A DNA stretch of 64,000 bases. Origin: an uncultured Acidimicrobiaceae bacterium (GTDB taxonomy: Bacteria; Actinomycetota; Acidimicrobiia; Spongiisociales; UBA5794). Positions 18,001 to 29,049 of the stretch are shown here, piece by piece (position 1 is the stretch's first letter; each line of letters starts with the position of its first letter). The translations under genes and the position numbers were made by a program. Location of the stretch: assembly GCA_947258375.1 (NCBI GenBank), contig CAMYIJ010000010.1, forward strand, positions 39,314 to 103,313. The letters run 5' to 3'. Under the pieces are notes generated by a model that saw only the letters and a list, made by a program, of their open reading frames with translations, was not told the DNA's origin and ran no database searches.

Positions 18001-18518
18001 TTGCGGGTCGCCCCGACCCCCGGTTTGACCACGGTCGTCTGTTCGGCCGCCGGATTGGCGGCCTGCTTTCCGTTGGCACCTGCGGCCAATTCCGCGGTCG
18101 CGGCACCCTGCACCGGACGCTGGCGGGCCGGTCTCACCCGAGTGTTTGCAGCCGGCTGTGGTGCGGGGCTGTAGGTCTCCTCGAGCACCGTGATCTCCAC
18201 GCCACCGACGAGATCGGCAATGAGGTTGTAGAGAACCGCCCCGAGCGTCATGGCTGCGGTGGCGACGATCGTCCACACGACGGCAAGGAAGATCACGACC
18301 CGGCCCCAGGTTTCGCCCTCGATGACGAATGTGATCTTCACCTGGTCAAAGAGGTCGGTAATAGCTCCCGGGATGCCCTTCTGCAACAGAAGCGACCACA
18401 TCACCCAGAGTCCCAGCACAAACACGAGAGCCGCGATGGCATTGAACACCAGCGACACTTTGAGAACGGTCCATGGATCGAATCGGCGGACGATTCGACG
18501 AACTCTGCGAACGGCCAT
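17997..18518 (-). CDS. DUF3566 membrane protein (Rv0007-like, conserved downstream of gyrA)
   Basis: 173-aa ORF with RRFDPWTVLKVSLVFNAIAALVFVL..., typical of DUF3566. The TAG stop coincides with the IS630 TA target. Confidence 0.75.
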   Translation of the reverse strand: MAVRRVRRIVRRFDPWTVLKVSLVFNAIAALVFVLGLWVMWSLLLQKGIPGAITDLFDQVKITFVIEGETWGRVVIFLAVVWTIVATAAMTLGAVLYNLIADLVGGVEITVLEETYSPAPQPAANTRVRPARQRPVQGAATAELAAGANGKQAANPAAEQTTVVKPGVGATRN

Positions 18519-18752
18519 CAGCGGCTATCTCCTCGGGGACGCCCCGAGTGTACAGGGCGACACTCATAAGGGAACGTTTCGCATCGGCCGCCGGTTCCTG
18601 AAGCACTGACGAGCCCGTACAGCAAAGCGGCGACCGCAACGACCGCACCTAGTGTCTTCCCCGGCGAGCGCAGCGAGGCGGAGGGGAGGCTGAGTCGCGG
18701 CGGACAGCTCTTATCGCGGACGCCGCGCCCGATGTTGGTTCCGCGCCTCTGC

Positions 18753-18854
18753 TTGGAGTTGCGTAGCAACTCCAAAGGAACCCGAAGGGTTCCCGCCCCC
18801 GCCCCCTCCTTCGTCGGGGACTCCCCCAAATGTCGCCCGCCGAAAACGGCGGGC
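18753..18854 (-). other. three consecutive perfect GC-rich hairpins plus a C-rich (G-rich on the transcribed strand) tract in the gyrA-DUF3566 spacer
   Basis: ttggagttgcgtagcaactccaa (18753-18775), ggaacccgaagggttcc (18777-18793), cccgcccccgccccctcc, gcccgccgaaaacggcgggc (18835-18854). None folds as a tRNA cloverleaf. Confidence 0.45.
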
Positions 18855-18876
18855 TACGGGGGAGAGACAGATACCC

Positions 18877-21303
18877 CTACTCGTCTTCTTTGGGGACCAG
18901 GGCTACCGCAGTGAGTTCGGCGCCCGGTTCGAGGTTCATGACACGTACGCCGGTGCTGCCGCGCTTCTGCCGACTGATATCGTCGACCAGTTGGCGAATC
19001 ACGATCCCGTCGGACGAGATGGTGAAGATCTCATCTCCCGGAGAAACCGCCCGACCAGCGACCAGGACTCCGCGCACCTTCGTGAGTTTCATCGACTTGA
19101 CGCCGATGCCTCCCCGCTTCTGGAGGGGGAACTCGGACATCTTCGTGCGCTTGCCGTAACCGCCCGTCGTCAGGAGCACGATGTCGTCTCCATCCCCGAC
19201 CGTGGCCGCGGCAACAACCTGGTCGCCCTCGCGCAGCTTGACACCCCGCACCCCCTGGGTGTCGCGACCCATCGGCCGCACGTCCTCCTCGGAGAAACGG
19301 ATTCCCTGGCCGTTCTGTGTGAACATCACCAGGTCGTTCTCTCCGGCGGTGGCGCGGACGGCAACAACCTCGTCGCCGTCCTGCAGCTTGATGGCGATCA
19401 GCACGGTGTTGCGTGAGTCGTAATCGGCGAACTTGGTCTTCTTGACCTGGCCGTATTTGGTGAACATCACGAGGAAGGGATGGGTCTCGTAGTCGCGCGT
19501 GTCGATGATGGCCTCGACCCGCTCATCGGAATCCATCGAGAGCACCGATTGGACGAGCGAACCTTTGGCTGTGCGGTCCATCCGGGGCAGCTGGTGCGCG
19601 CGCACCCGGTAGACCTTGCCCTGGTTGGTGAAGAACAGCAGGTAGGCATGAGCCGACGTGTGCAGCACGTGGGTGATGACATCGTCCTCCCGCAACTGCG
19701 CGCCGCGCACTCCCCTGCCACCGCGACCCTGAATCCGGTATGCCTTGGCCAACACCGCCTTGACGTAGCCGGCCGAGGTGATCGTCACGACGAGCTCCTC
19801 ATCGGCAATGAGGTCCTCTAGCGACATGTCACCCTCGTCGGGCACGATGCGGCTCCGGCGGTCGTCGCCGAACTTGTCGCGAATCTCCGTGAGCTCCTCG
19901 GCAACGATGGCCCGCTGCCGCGCCTCACTGGCGAGGATGGCCTCTAGATCCTTGATGATCGCCAACTGTTCGGCATGTTCCTCGCGCAGCTTGCTCGTCT
20001 CGAGAGCGGTCAGCCGCCGTAGCGGCATGTCGAGGATCACGTTCGCCTGGACCTCGGACAGCTCGAAGTTGTCCATCAGGGAGATACGGGCCTCGTCGAC
20101 GTCTGCCGAGCCGCGAATGATCCGGACCACCTCGTCGATGTTGTCGAGAGCGATGAGCAGGCCCTCCAACACATGGGCGCGGTCCTGGGCCACCTTGAGG
20201 CGATGCTCGGAGCGCCGGACGATGACCTCGATCTGGTGGGCGAGGTAGTACTTGATCATCTCGGCGATGTTGAGCGTGCGGGGCACACCGTCCACCAGGG
20301 CGATCGAGTTCACAGAGAAGTTGTCCTCGAGCTGCGTGCCCTTGAAAAGCTGGTTGAGCACTACCTGCGGGTTGGCGTCGCGCTTGAGCTCGATGACGAT
20401 TCGAACCCCCTCACGGTTCGTCTCGTTGCGAATGTCGCTGATCCCAGTGATGGTCTTGTTGTTCACCAGTTCGGCGATCTTCGTCATGATGCGATCGATG
20501 GACACCTGATAGGGGATCTCGCTGACGATGATGCCGAAGCGGTTCTTGCGCAGCTCGACTACGTCGGTGACCGCCCTCATCTTGACCGAGCCGCGGCCGG
20601 TGAGCAGCGCATCGCGGGCTCCCTTGGCACCCACGATGTAAGCGCCGGTCGGGAAGTCGGGGGCCTTGACGAAGTCCAGGAGATCCTCGGCGGTGGCGTC
20701 CTGGTTCTCCAGGGTGTAGAGGCACGCATCGATGACCTCGGAGAGGTTGTGCGGGGCGATGTTCGTCGCCATCCCTACGGCAATGCCGGTTGACCCGTTG
20801 ACCAGCAGATTGGGATATCGCGACGGCAACACCGTTGGCTCCTGCCGTTCCCCGGAGTAGTTGTCGACGTAGTCGACGGTGTTCTCGTTGATTCCGTCGA
20901 GGAGATGGGCGGCCAGCGGAGCCAATCGCGCCTCGGTGTACCGCATGGCTGCCGGCGGGTCGTCAACGGTGCCGAAGTTGCCCTGGGGATCGACCAGCGG
21001 GTAGCGGGAAGCGAAGTCCTGCCCAAGGCGCACCATTGCGTCATAAATCGCATCATTCGAGTGCGGGTGGAACCAACCCATGACGTCGCCTATGACGCGG
21101 GCGCTCTTCCGATAAGGGGTTCCGGGGCGGATACCGGAGTCGAACATCGAAAAGAGGATGCGGCGGTGTACCGGCTTGAGGCCGTCCCGGACGTCCGGCA
21201 GGGCCCGGGCCACGATGACGGACATCGCGTATTCCAGGAACGAGTCCTGCATTTCCCGCTCGATCTCGATGGGGCGGATGCTCCCCTGGTTGGTTTCTGG
21301 CAT
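18877..21303 (-). CDS. gyrA: DNA gyrase subunit A
   Basis: 808-aa [32 protein letters not shown]-region signature and C-terminal beta-pinwheel repeats. Confidence 0.97.
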   Translation of the reverse strand: MPETNQGSIRPIEIEREMQDSFLEYAMSVIVARALPDVRDGLKPVHRRILFSMFDSGIRPGTPYRKSARVIGDVMGWFHPHSNDAIYDAMVRLGQDFASRYPLVDPQGNFGTVDDPPAAMRYTEARLAPLAAHLLDGINENTVDYVDNYSGERQEPTVLPSRYPNLLVNGSTGIAVGMATNIAPHNLSEVIDACLYTLENQDATAEDLLDFVKAPDFPTGAYIVGAKGARDALLTGRGSVKMRAVTDVVELRKNRFGIIVSEIPYQVSIDRIMTKIAELVNNKTITGISDIRNETNREGVRIVIELKRDANPQVVLNQLFKGTQLEDNFSVNSIALVDGVPRTLNIAEMIKYYLAHQIEVIVRRSEHRLKVAQDRAHVLEGLLIALDNIDEVVRIIRGSADVDEARISLMDNFELSEVQANVILDMPLRRLTALETSKLREEHAEQLAIIKDLEAILASEARQRAIVAEELTEIRDKFGDDRRSRIVPDEGDMSLEDLIADEELVVTITSAGYVKAVLAKAYRIQGRGGRGVRGAQLREDDVITHVLHTSAHAYLLFFTNQGKVYRVRAHQLPRMDRTAKGSLVQSVLSMDSDERVEAIIDTRDYETHPFLVMFTKYGQVKKTKFADYDSRNTVLIAIKLQDGDEVVAVRATAGENDLVMFTQNGQGIRFSEEDVRPMGRDTQGVRGVKLREGDQVVAAATVGDGDDIVLLTTGGYGKRTKMSEFPLQKRGGIGVKSMKLTKVRGVLVAGRAVSPGDEIFTISSDGIVIRQLVDDISRQKRGSTGVRVMNLEPGAELTAVALVPKEDE

Positions 21304-21348
21304 GGCTTCCCTGTAATTGCCTCTCGTGGTTGCTTTCGGTTCCCGGAG

Positions 21349-23281
<1,933 letters not shown>

Positions 23282-23425
23282 GATCTCCTCGAGAACGGGT
23301 GTTGCGGCGATCTCCCTCGGCAACTTGCAACTGTGTCATTATAGCCGGGCTCAGGCCCTTTCCCGCCCATTTCGACCGTTCGGACGGCCTACGCACGAAT
23401 CGCCAGAAACCCATTGGGCAATGGG

Positions 23426-23947
23426 CTACAGCCGCAGACTCGGGCTCACGCGGTAAGTAATTGAGGACACCATTCCCTTGCCGGCGACTTCCTCGGCTTT
23501 TTGCATAATCTGGGAGGTATTGAATCGCAGCTTCGAGGCGGTCGCGCCGTCGGCGACGAGTACCACGAGGCGTCCCGATTCACACGAGCCGGGCCGCGTC
23601 TTCTGGGCAAATGTGTCGCCGACCACTTCGCTCCATCGGGCGCTCAGCAGCGCAGCGGGAGCGGCGCGTCCACCACTCACTTTGGCCATCAGTCGATCGA
23701 CGATGCCCTCGACGGACTCCGGACGGCGCCGCGCCTGCCAGTCGTCTTCCGTGAGAAACTTGCCGCCTTGATAGGTCGAATGACCGGAGCGGCCGGCCGC
23801 CGGGCCGGCAGCTGCGGCTGCGGAATGGGTTCCGAAGGTGGGTCCGCTGTCGGCGGCTTGGGGGCTGCTATCTGAATCGTTCATATCGTCACTTACCTGT
23901 ACTTTGGCCAAACGCGCATCGGCCGCTCTCGGTTTGTCGTCGGTCAA
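23426..23947 (-). CDS. dciA: DciA (DUF721) DnaA/helicase-interacting protein
   Basis: C-terminal WSEVVGDTFAQKTRPGSCESGRLVVLVADGATASKLRF matches DUF721 (Rv0004-like), in the syntenic position between recF and gyrB. Start is TTG 23947 or ATG 23884. Confidence 0.7.
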   Translation of the reverse strand: MTDDKPRAADARLAKVQVSDDMNDSDSSPQAADSGPTFGTHSAAAAAGPAAGRSGHSTYQGGKFLTEDDWQARRRPESVEGIVDRLMAKVSGGRAAPAALLSARWSEVVGDTFAQKTRPGSCESGRLVVLVADGATASKLRFNTSQIMQKAEEVAGKGMVSSITYRVSPSLRL

Positions 23948-24000
23948 TCGTCTCTCGGTTCGTCTCTCGGTTCGTTGTCGGTCAATCGACTCTCGGTTCG
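23926..24000. repeat. direct repeats CTCTCGGTT (x4) and GTCGGTCAATCG (x2) in the recF-dciA spacer
   Basis: Read directly: tcggtcaatcg tctctcggttcg tctctcggttcg ttgtcggtcaatcg actctcggttcg. Confidence 0.5.
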
Positions 24001-24028
24001 TACCGGCTACCCGCCGGCGCGAGGCCGA

Positions 24029-25108
24029 CTATCTGATGGCTCCCTTCTCCACCCGCCAGCGGCGGCCCGCCAGCGGAACCTCATCTTCTCTCGCGCTGGT
24101 GACAAAAACCTGGCCGCGCGGCAGCAATTCGAGGACACCCGCCGATCGGCCGACATCCAGCTCGGAGAAGACGTCATCCAGAAGGAGTATCGGCGGGCGC
24201 CCGTGGCGGTCCTCCAGGAGGGAGAAGGCCGCGATCCGCAGTGCCAGAGCAACCGACCTCTGTTCGCCCTGGCTGGCGTGAGTCCGCGCCGGCCGCCCCC
24301 CGAGGTAGAGCCCGATATCGTCTCGATGCGGGCCCACCGTGGTCGTCCTTTGGTCGAGGTCGCGGCGGCGCCTCTCCCCGAGAGCGGCCAACAACGCGGC
24401 CGCCGGATCGGCGGACTGCAGCCACCAAGCCTCATAGCGCGCCGAGAGCTGCTCTGAATCCATCCCGGCGACCGCTCGATAGCCTGCAGCCAGATGGGAT
24501 TCGAGCCGCTCCAGGGTGCTCATACGAGCGCTCACGAGGCGGCCGCCGAGGTCGGCAAGTCGTTCGTCCCATACGGTCAGGATCACGGGATCGGCGTTGT
24601 GCCCCTCGTCACGCAGCAAACGATTCCGTTGCCGCACGATCTTCTCGTACTCAGTGCGATCCGCCCCGGCCGCCGGCGTGATCTGGCCCGCCACCTCGTC
24701 GAGGTAATCGCGGCGGAGGCCCGGGCCGCGCTTGACCACATCCAGGTCGTCGGGAAGGAACGCCACCAGCGGCACCTCGACGGCAACGTCCGAATTGCGG
24801 CGGGGTCGCTTGCCGTTGACGAGTATTCGGCGGCGGCCCTCGGCCGGAATCTCCACCTCGACACGCAACTCGCCCGCTTCTCGCTCCACTCCCCCGCGCA
24901 GGACGGCCGTCGGCGCATCAACGCGGACCAGCGCCGCTTCGGGAGCGCCGCGGAACGAACCGAGACGTGAGAGGTATCCGATCGCCTCCAGGACATTTGT
25001 CTTGCCGGACCCGTTGTCGCCGATCAGTACATTGAGACCGGGCTCCGGAGTGAACTCCAGGCGCTCATAGGACCGGAAGTCACGCAACTCCAGCCACTTC
25101 AAATGCAT
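24029..25108 (-). CDS. recF: DNA replication/repair protein RecF
   Basis: Walker A GDNGSGKTNVLEAI, SMC-like signature, and conserved position after dnaN. Confidence 0.93.
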   Translation of the reverse strand: MHLKWLELRDFRSYERLEFTPEPGLNVLIGDNGSGKTNVLEAIGYLSRLGSFRGAPEAALVRVDAPTAVLRGGVEREAGELRVEVEIPAEGRRRILVNGKRPRRNSDVAVEVPLVAFLPDDLDVVKRGPGLRRDYLDEVAGQITPAAGADRTEYEKIVRQRNRLLRDEGHNADPVILTVWDERLADLGGRLVSARMSTLERLESHLAAGYRAVAGMDSEQLSARYEAWWLQSADPAAALLAALGERRRRDLDQRTTTVGPHRDDIGLYLGGRPARTHASQGEQRSVALALRIAAFSLLEDRHGRPPILLLDDVFSELDVGRSAGVLELLPRGQVFVTSAREDEVPLAGRRWRVEKGAIR

Positions 25109-25117
25109 CGCGGTTCG

Positions 25118-26194
25118 CTAGAGGCGTACCGGCATCAGAAGGTACTGGAATCCGTCGGAGCCGCCGCTGAGCATCCCCGGCTTGAGCGGATCGATCGTCT
25201 CGAGAACAACTTCGTCTCCGGCAACGGCGCCTACACCGTCGGTGAGGTAGCGCGTATTGAAGGCAATCGTCATTTCCTCCCCGGAGTACGCGGCTTCGAT
25301 GTGCTCCGTTTCCTCCCCCACTTCCTGGCGAGTGACACTGAGCTCGACACCGCTCTCGCTCAGGGACAACCGCACGGGAATGTGCTCCTCGGCAACGAGG
25401 GCTGCTCGACCGACCGCATCGAGAAGTGCCGCCTTGCTCACGGACAACCGATTTGGATACTCATCGGGCAGCAACTGCCGATAGTTCGGGAAGGTGGCCT
25501 CGATGACGCGCGCCGTCATCCGGCCCCGCGCCGACGAGAAGGCGGCCTGCCGATCGTCCAGCTGCACACCCAGCTTGGCGTCCGCGATAGTCCGGCCGAT
25601 CTCGCGCAACGCCCGGTAGGGCACCAGGGAGGTTTCACCCGCTGCGATGCCGGGAAGGTCCCGCAACGCCAGCCGGTAGGAATCCGTCGCAACCAGCCTG
25701 AGACCGTCGTCGTGAGCTTCGAACAGTATCCCGGTGAGGGTCGGGCGGGCATCGTCCCCGGAAGCCGCCACACCCACCTGGGCCAGTGCGGCCACGAAGG
25801 CTTCACCGTCCACCTCGACGAGCGGCGCCTCGATCGTGTCCGGGATGTCGGGGAAGTCGTTGACGACGAACTCGCGCAGCCGAAAACGCGGGCCGTTCCC
25901 TGTGATCTCGACCTCGCCTTCCTCGGCGGACAGCGTGACTGCTCCCACCGGGAGTTTGCGGACCGCCTCCGCGGCGAGTTTGGCCGGCACGACGGTGCGC
26001 CCCGCCTCGAGAACCTCGACTTCCAAGGTTGTCCGGATTGTCACGTCGCTATCGGTTCCCGTGACCTCGAGACGGTTGCCGCGCACGTCGCACAGGAGTC
26101 CCTGCAGAATCTGTTGAGGTGACCGCGTGCCTACCGCCCGGGCAGCACGGGCTAGGACGTCGGCAAGATCATCTCGCTCAGCTCGGATACGCAC
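25118..26194 (-). CDS. dnaN: DNA polymerase III beta sliding clamp
   Basis: 358-aa ORF. GTG start at 26192-26194. Three-domain beta-clamp length, and the position next to dnaA. Confidence 0.93.
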   Translation of the reverse strand: MRIRAERDDLADVLARAARAVGTRSPQQILQGLLCDVRGNRLEVTGTDSDVTIRTTLEVEVLEAGRTVVPAKLAAEAVRKLPVGAVTLSAEEGEVEITGNGPRFRLREFVVNDFPDIPDTIEAPLVEVDGEAFVAALAQVGVAASGDDARPTLTGILFEAHDDGLRLVATDSYRLALRDLPGIAAGETSLVPYRALREIGRTIADAKLGVQLDDRQAAFSSARGRMTARVIEATFPNYRQLLPDEYPNRLSVSKAALLDAVGRAALVAEEHIPVRLSLSESGVELSVTRQEVGEETEHIEAAYSGEEMTIAFNTRYLTDGVGAVAGDEVVLETIDPLKPGMLSGGSDGFQYLLMPVRL

Positions 26195-26385
26195 AGCTTT
26201 GTTCCTTCTTCTTCATCTATTTGATTCATTCAAAAAGGGTAGTAGTTGTAATAGGCCCTGTGGATTGTGGAGAAGTGTCGCGTTTGCCCTGTTCACGGGG
26301 GCATTCAATTGCACACATGCCGCGCGAATAACCTGCCGGGTATACACATCGCGAAAACGCGGGACCGACGGCACTGGGGACAACA
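26195..26385. other. oriC core (dnaA-dnaN intergenic): AT-rich DUE plus DnaA-box-like 9-mers
   Basis: 26201-26255 is about 70 percent AT in a 70 percent GC genome. Box-like sequences: TGTGGATTG (26259), TGGGGACAA (26374). Confidence 0.7.
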
Positions 26386-27750
26386 TCAAGTTTTCCTCAG
26401 CTGTTGGGACAACTGTGTGACTTCGTCGAACACCTGCTTGTCGGCCGCCATGAGCTGCTTGATCTTCTCGATCGCGTGGATCACCGTGGTGTGATCTCTT
26501 CCGCCGAACTGGGCCCCGATCTTGGGGAGGGAGAGGTCCGTCAACTCCCTGCAGAGATACATCGCTATCTGGCGCCAGCGCGCCAGGGGCTGTTTGCGGC
26601 TCGGACCGATCAGCTGCGCCTCGAGGACATTGGCGGCTGCAGCCGTTTTGGTGATGATCCATTCCGCGGTGACCCGCTGACTGTCGGAACCCGGGAGGAG
26701 ATCCTGGAGAACCTCTTGAGCCATCTGCAGGGTGATCTCTTCATGCGTGAGGGCGCTGTATGCCGTGACCCGGGTGAGCGCCCCCTCGAGCTCACGGATG
26801 TTGTCCGACACGTTTTCCGCAATGAACTGCAGAACGTCGGCCGGCACGGGGCGGGGCGCGAACTCGGCGTTCTTGCGGAGAATCGCGAGGCGGGTTTCGA
26901 CGTCGGGAGGTTGGATGTCGGTGACGAGTCCCCATTCGAAGCGGCTGCGGATCCGGTCCTCGAGGGTGGAGAGGTGCTTGGGATGGCGGTCCGAGCTGAT
27001 GACGATCTGCTTGCCGGCGCCGTAGAGGTGGTTGAAAGTATGGAAGAACTCCTCGAGGATCTGCTCCTTGCCTTCGAAGAATTGCACATCGTCGACCAGC
27101 AGGACGTCGATCGAGCGGTAGCGCGCTTTGAATTCATCCATCCTCTTACGGCGGATCCCGTTGATGAACTCGTTGAAGAACTGCTCCGAGGACACGTAGC
27201 GCACCGTGGTGGCGGGAGCGATCTCTTTGCGGTGATGGCCCACGGCGTGAAGCAGGTGTGTCTTGCCGAGCCCGGCCGGCCCATATATGAAGAGAGGGTT
27301 GTAGTGACTCGAAGCCACATCCCCTACGGCCATTGCCGCGGCGTTGGCAAAACGATTCGAGGGCCCCACAACGAAGTTGTCGAACGTGTACTTGGGGATC
27401 AGTTGCGAGTCGTAGTCCTGTGTCAGCGGCGGCAGTGTGTCCGGGGTGCCGGTTCCGACGCGGTCGTCGACGGTGACCGCGATCTCGTCGGACTCAGCCT
27501 CCTCAGCGGCCGAGAGGGCCACGCATATCTGCTCTCCGAAGACGGCCTGCGCGGTCTGCTCGATCGCTCCGAGATAACGATCAACCACCCAGCGGCGGTG
27601 AAAATCCGACGGGGCGTGTAGCGAGAGCGTCTCGTTGTCGACGGACGGTTGGAGAGGCTCTATCCACGTTTGCCAGGCCACGGGGGGCACTCTGTCTTGA
27701 AGGCGATTCTGGAATTCCTCCCAGAGCGATGTCGACCATTGAGCTTCCAC
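26386..27750 (-). CDS. dnaA: chromosomal replication initiator DnaA
   Basis: AAA+ Walker A GPAGLGKTHLLHAVG, sensor motifs, C-terminal DNA-binding domain. Start assigned to GTG 27750 (VEAQWSTSLWEEF) because DnaA boxes lie at 27814-27850. The ORF track extends to 27834. Confidence 0.9.
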   Translation of the reverse strand: MEAQWSTSLWEEFQNRLQDRVPPVAWQTWIEPLQPSVDNETLSLHAPSDFHRRWVVDRYLGAIEQTAQAVFGEQICVALSAAEEAESDEIAVTVDDRVGTGTPDTLPPLTQDYDSQLIPKYTFDNFVVGPSNRFANAAAMAVGDVASSHYNPLFIYGPAGLGKTHLLHAVGHHRKEIAPATTVRYVSSEQFFNEFINGIRRKRMDEFKARYRSIDVLLVDDVQFFEGKEQILEEFFHTFNHLYGAGKQIVISSDRHPKHLSTLEDRIRSRFEWGLVTDIQPPDVETRLAILRKNAEFAPRPVPADVLQFIAENVSDNIRELEGALTRVTAYSALTHEEITLQMAQEVLQDLLPGSDSQRVTAEWIITKTAAAANVLEAQLIGPSRKQPLARWRQIAMYLCRELTDLSLPKIGAQFGGRDHTTVIHAIEKIKQLMAADKQVFDEVTQLSQQLRKT

Positions 27751-27813
27751 TGCCGACTTCAATTCCTCTCCTGGCAAGCGAGTCGGACCGTTCCGAATGC
27801 CTTGCCATCTATA

Positions 27814-27850
27814 GGAATCCACACACCTATCCACATGGTGTGGAGAATCC
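27814..27850. promoter_or_regulatory. cluster of three DnaA boxes (AATCCACAC, CTATCCACA, TGTGGAGAA) upstream of dnaA
   Basis: Seen directly. 7 to 8 of 9 matches to TTATCCACA / TGTGGATAA, arranged head-to-head. Probable dnaA autoregulation / left part of the origin. Confidence 0.5.
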
Positions 27851-28263
27851 TTGGCTCTCCGGCCTGGGGTGCCGGCCGAGCCGAATAATCTGTTCTGTTG
27901 CTGGCAATTCTTCCACTGGGGAAGTTGGCGCTTCGGCCCACCTACAGCGATTGGCGAGTGTATGAGTCCCTGCCGGACCTATCAAGAACGACAAATCCGG
28001 CACTATTCACGCTTTGGTCACAATTCCGGTAGCCCGGAACTCGTTGCTATGTAAGGACTTGAGCGATGTGGTGGCCCACTCGGATTCTCCGGAGGAGGCT
28101 CATTTCTGCGAAAAACCGCCATGATTATTGTTTCGCGAGCGTGATCTAGTTTTCGCGGTGCACCCGGGAGAGGGCTGCGGCTACCTCTCCCAGCTTTGAC
28201 AACGTTTCGGGACGTCCGTAACCTTGCGCCTCGAACCGCGACTTCCCCAGGAACCTCTTCTCG

Positions 28264-28398
28264 ATGAAGCGTACATACCAACCGAACGTACGACGCCGTA
28301 AGCGCAAGCACGGATTCCGTTCTCGCATGCGGACGCGCTCTGGACGCGCCATCGTAAGGCGCCGCCGTGAAAAAGGGCGCCAGCGCCTCACCGCGTAG
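28264..28398 (+). CDS. rpmH: 50S ribosomal protein L34
   Basis: Hand translation gives [44 protein letters not shown]. Below the ORF-track size cutoff. Confidence 0.9.
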   Translation: MKRTYQPNVRRRKRKHGFRSRMRTRSGRAIVRRRREKGRQRLTA

Positions 28399-28750
28399 CG
28401 GACGGAATTACGTTTCGCTACGTGGCCGTAACAGCTTTGCTGCCGCTTTTCGAGGCCATCGTCGTGCCGTCGGAGCAGTTGTTGTGCTTGTCTCGAAGGG
28501 TTCTCCGGGGCCGCCCCGTGTCGCCTTTGTGGCGGGCAAGGGGGTCGGGAATGCGGTTAGGCGTAATCGCGCCAAACGACGGCTGCGCGCTGCGATGGCC
28601 CGAATGCGCCTGCGAGACGGGTTGACCTATGTGGTCATTGCCCGGCGAGGCGCAGTGGATGCGCCTTTCCAGAGTCTCGTCGAGTGGTTGACTGCGGCAA
28701 CGCGGTCGACGCCAGAAGCGTCGCCTGACGCATTGGAGCAGGAGAGGTAA
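28367..28750 (+). CDS. rnpA: ribonuclease P protein component
   Basis: [23 protein letters not shown] RnpA signature. GTG start overlaps the last 32 nt of rpmH. Confidence 0.8.
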   Translation: MKKGASASPRSGRNYVSLRGRNSFAAAFRGHRRAVGAVVVLVSKGSPGPPRVAFVAGKGVGNAVRRNRAKRRLRAAMARMRLRDGLTYVVIARRGAVDAPFQSLVEWLTAATRSTPEASPDALEQER

Positions 28751-29049
28751 TGACGGAAACGCTGATGGACGAGCCGGGCTCAGCCTTGCGGCCGTATCAC
28801 GGCGCGTGGTGGCTCACCCGTATCATCGGGGGCTATCGCCGGTACATCTCCCCTCTCTTCGGACAGAACTGCCGCTACAACCCCACCTGCTCCGCCTATG
28901 CCCTGGAAGCAATTACCAAACACGGTTCCTTACGCGGCGGCTGGATGGCCACCAAGCGGATTGGCCGCTGTCACCCCTTCCGGGAAGGCGGGAATGACCC
29001 GGTTCCTGATCTCGCCCCGCACCGCGCCTACCACGAAGGAAGCAAATAA
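28750..29049 (+). CDS. yidD: membrane protein insertion efficiency factor YidD
   Basis: [23 protein letters not shown]...[14 protein letters not shown] is diagnostic for YidD. Confidence 0.85.
   Translation: MTETLMDEPGSALRPYHGAWWLTRIIGGYRRYISPLFGQNCRYNPTCSAYALEAITKHGSLRGGWMATKRIGRCHPFREGGNDPVPDLAPHRAYHEGSK

Noticed and set aside
17941-18276. N-terminal 112-aa extension of the transposase ORF (MDDRRHRSHD...)
   Set aside because: It extends beyond the IS right TIR into the antisense of the DUF3566 gene. The true start is Met at 17940 inside the element.
18519-18876. Expected tRNA-Ile/tRNA-Ala downstream of the gyrA-DUF3566 block, as in mycobacteria
   Set aside because: The hairpins have 8-10-bp stems with 3-4-nt loops. 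No acceptor/D/anticodon/T-arm cloverleaf and no GTTCGAATC-like T-loop could be drawn on either strand.
27751-27834. dnaA start at ATG 27834
   Set aside because: It would put the DnaA-box cluster inside the coding region, and it adds a non-conserved 28-aa N-terminus.
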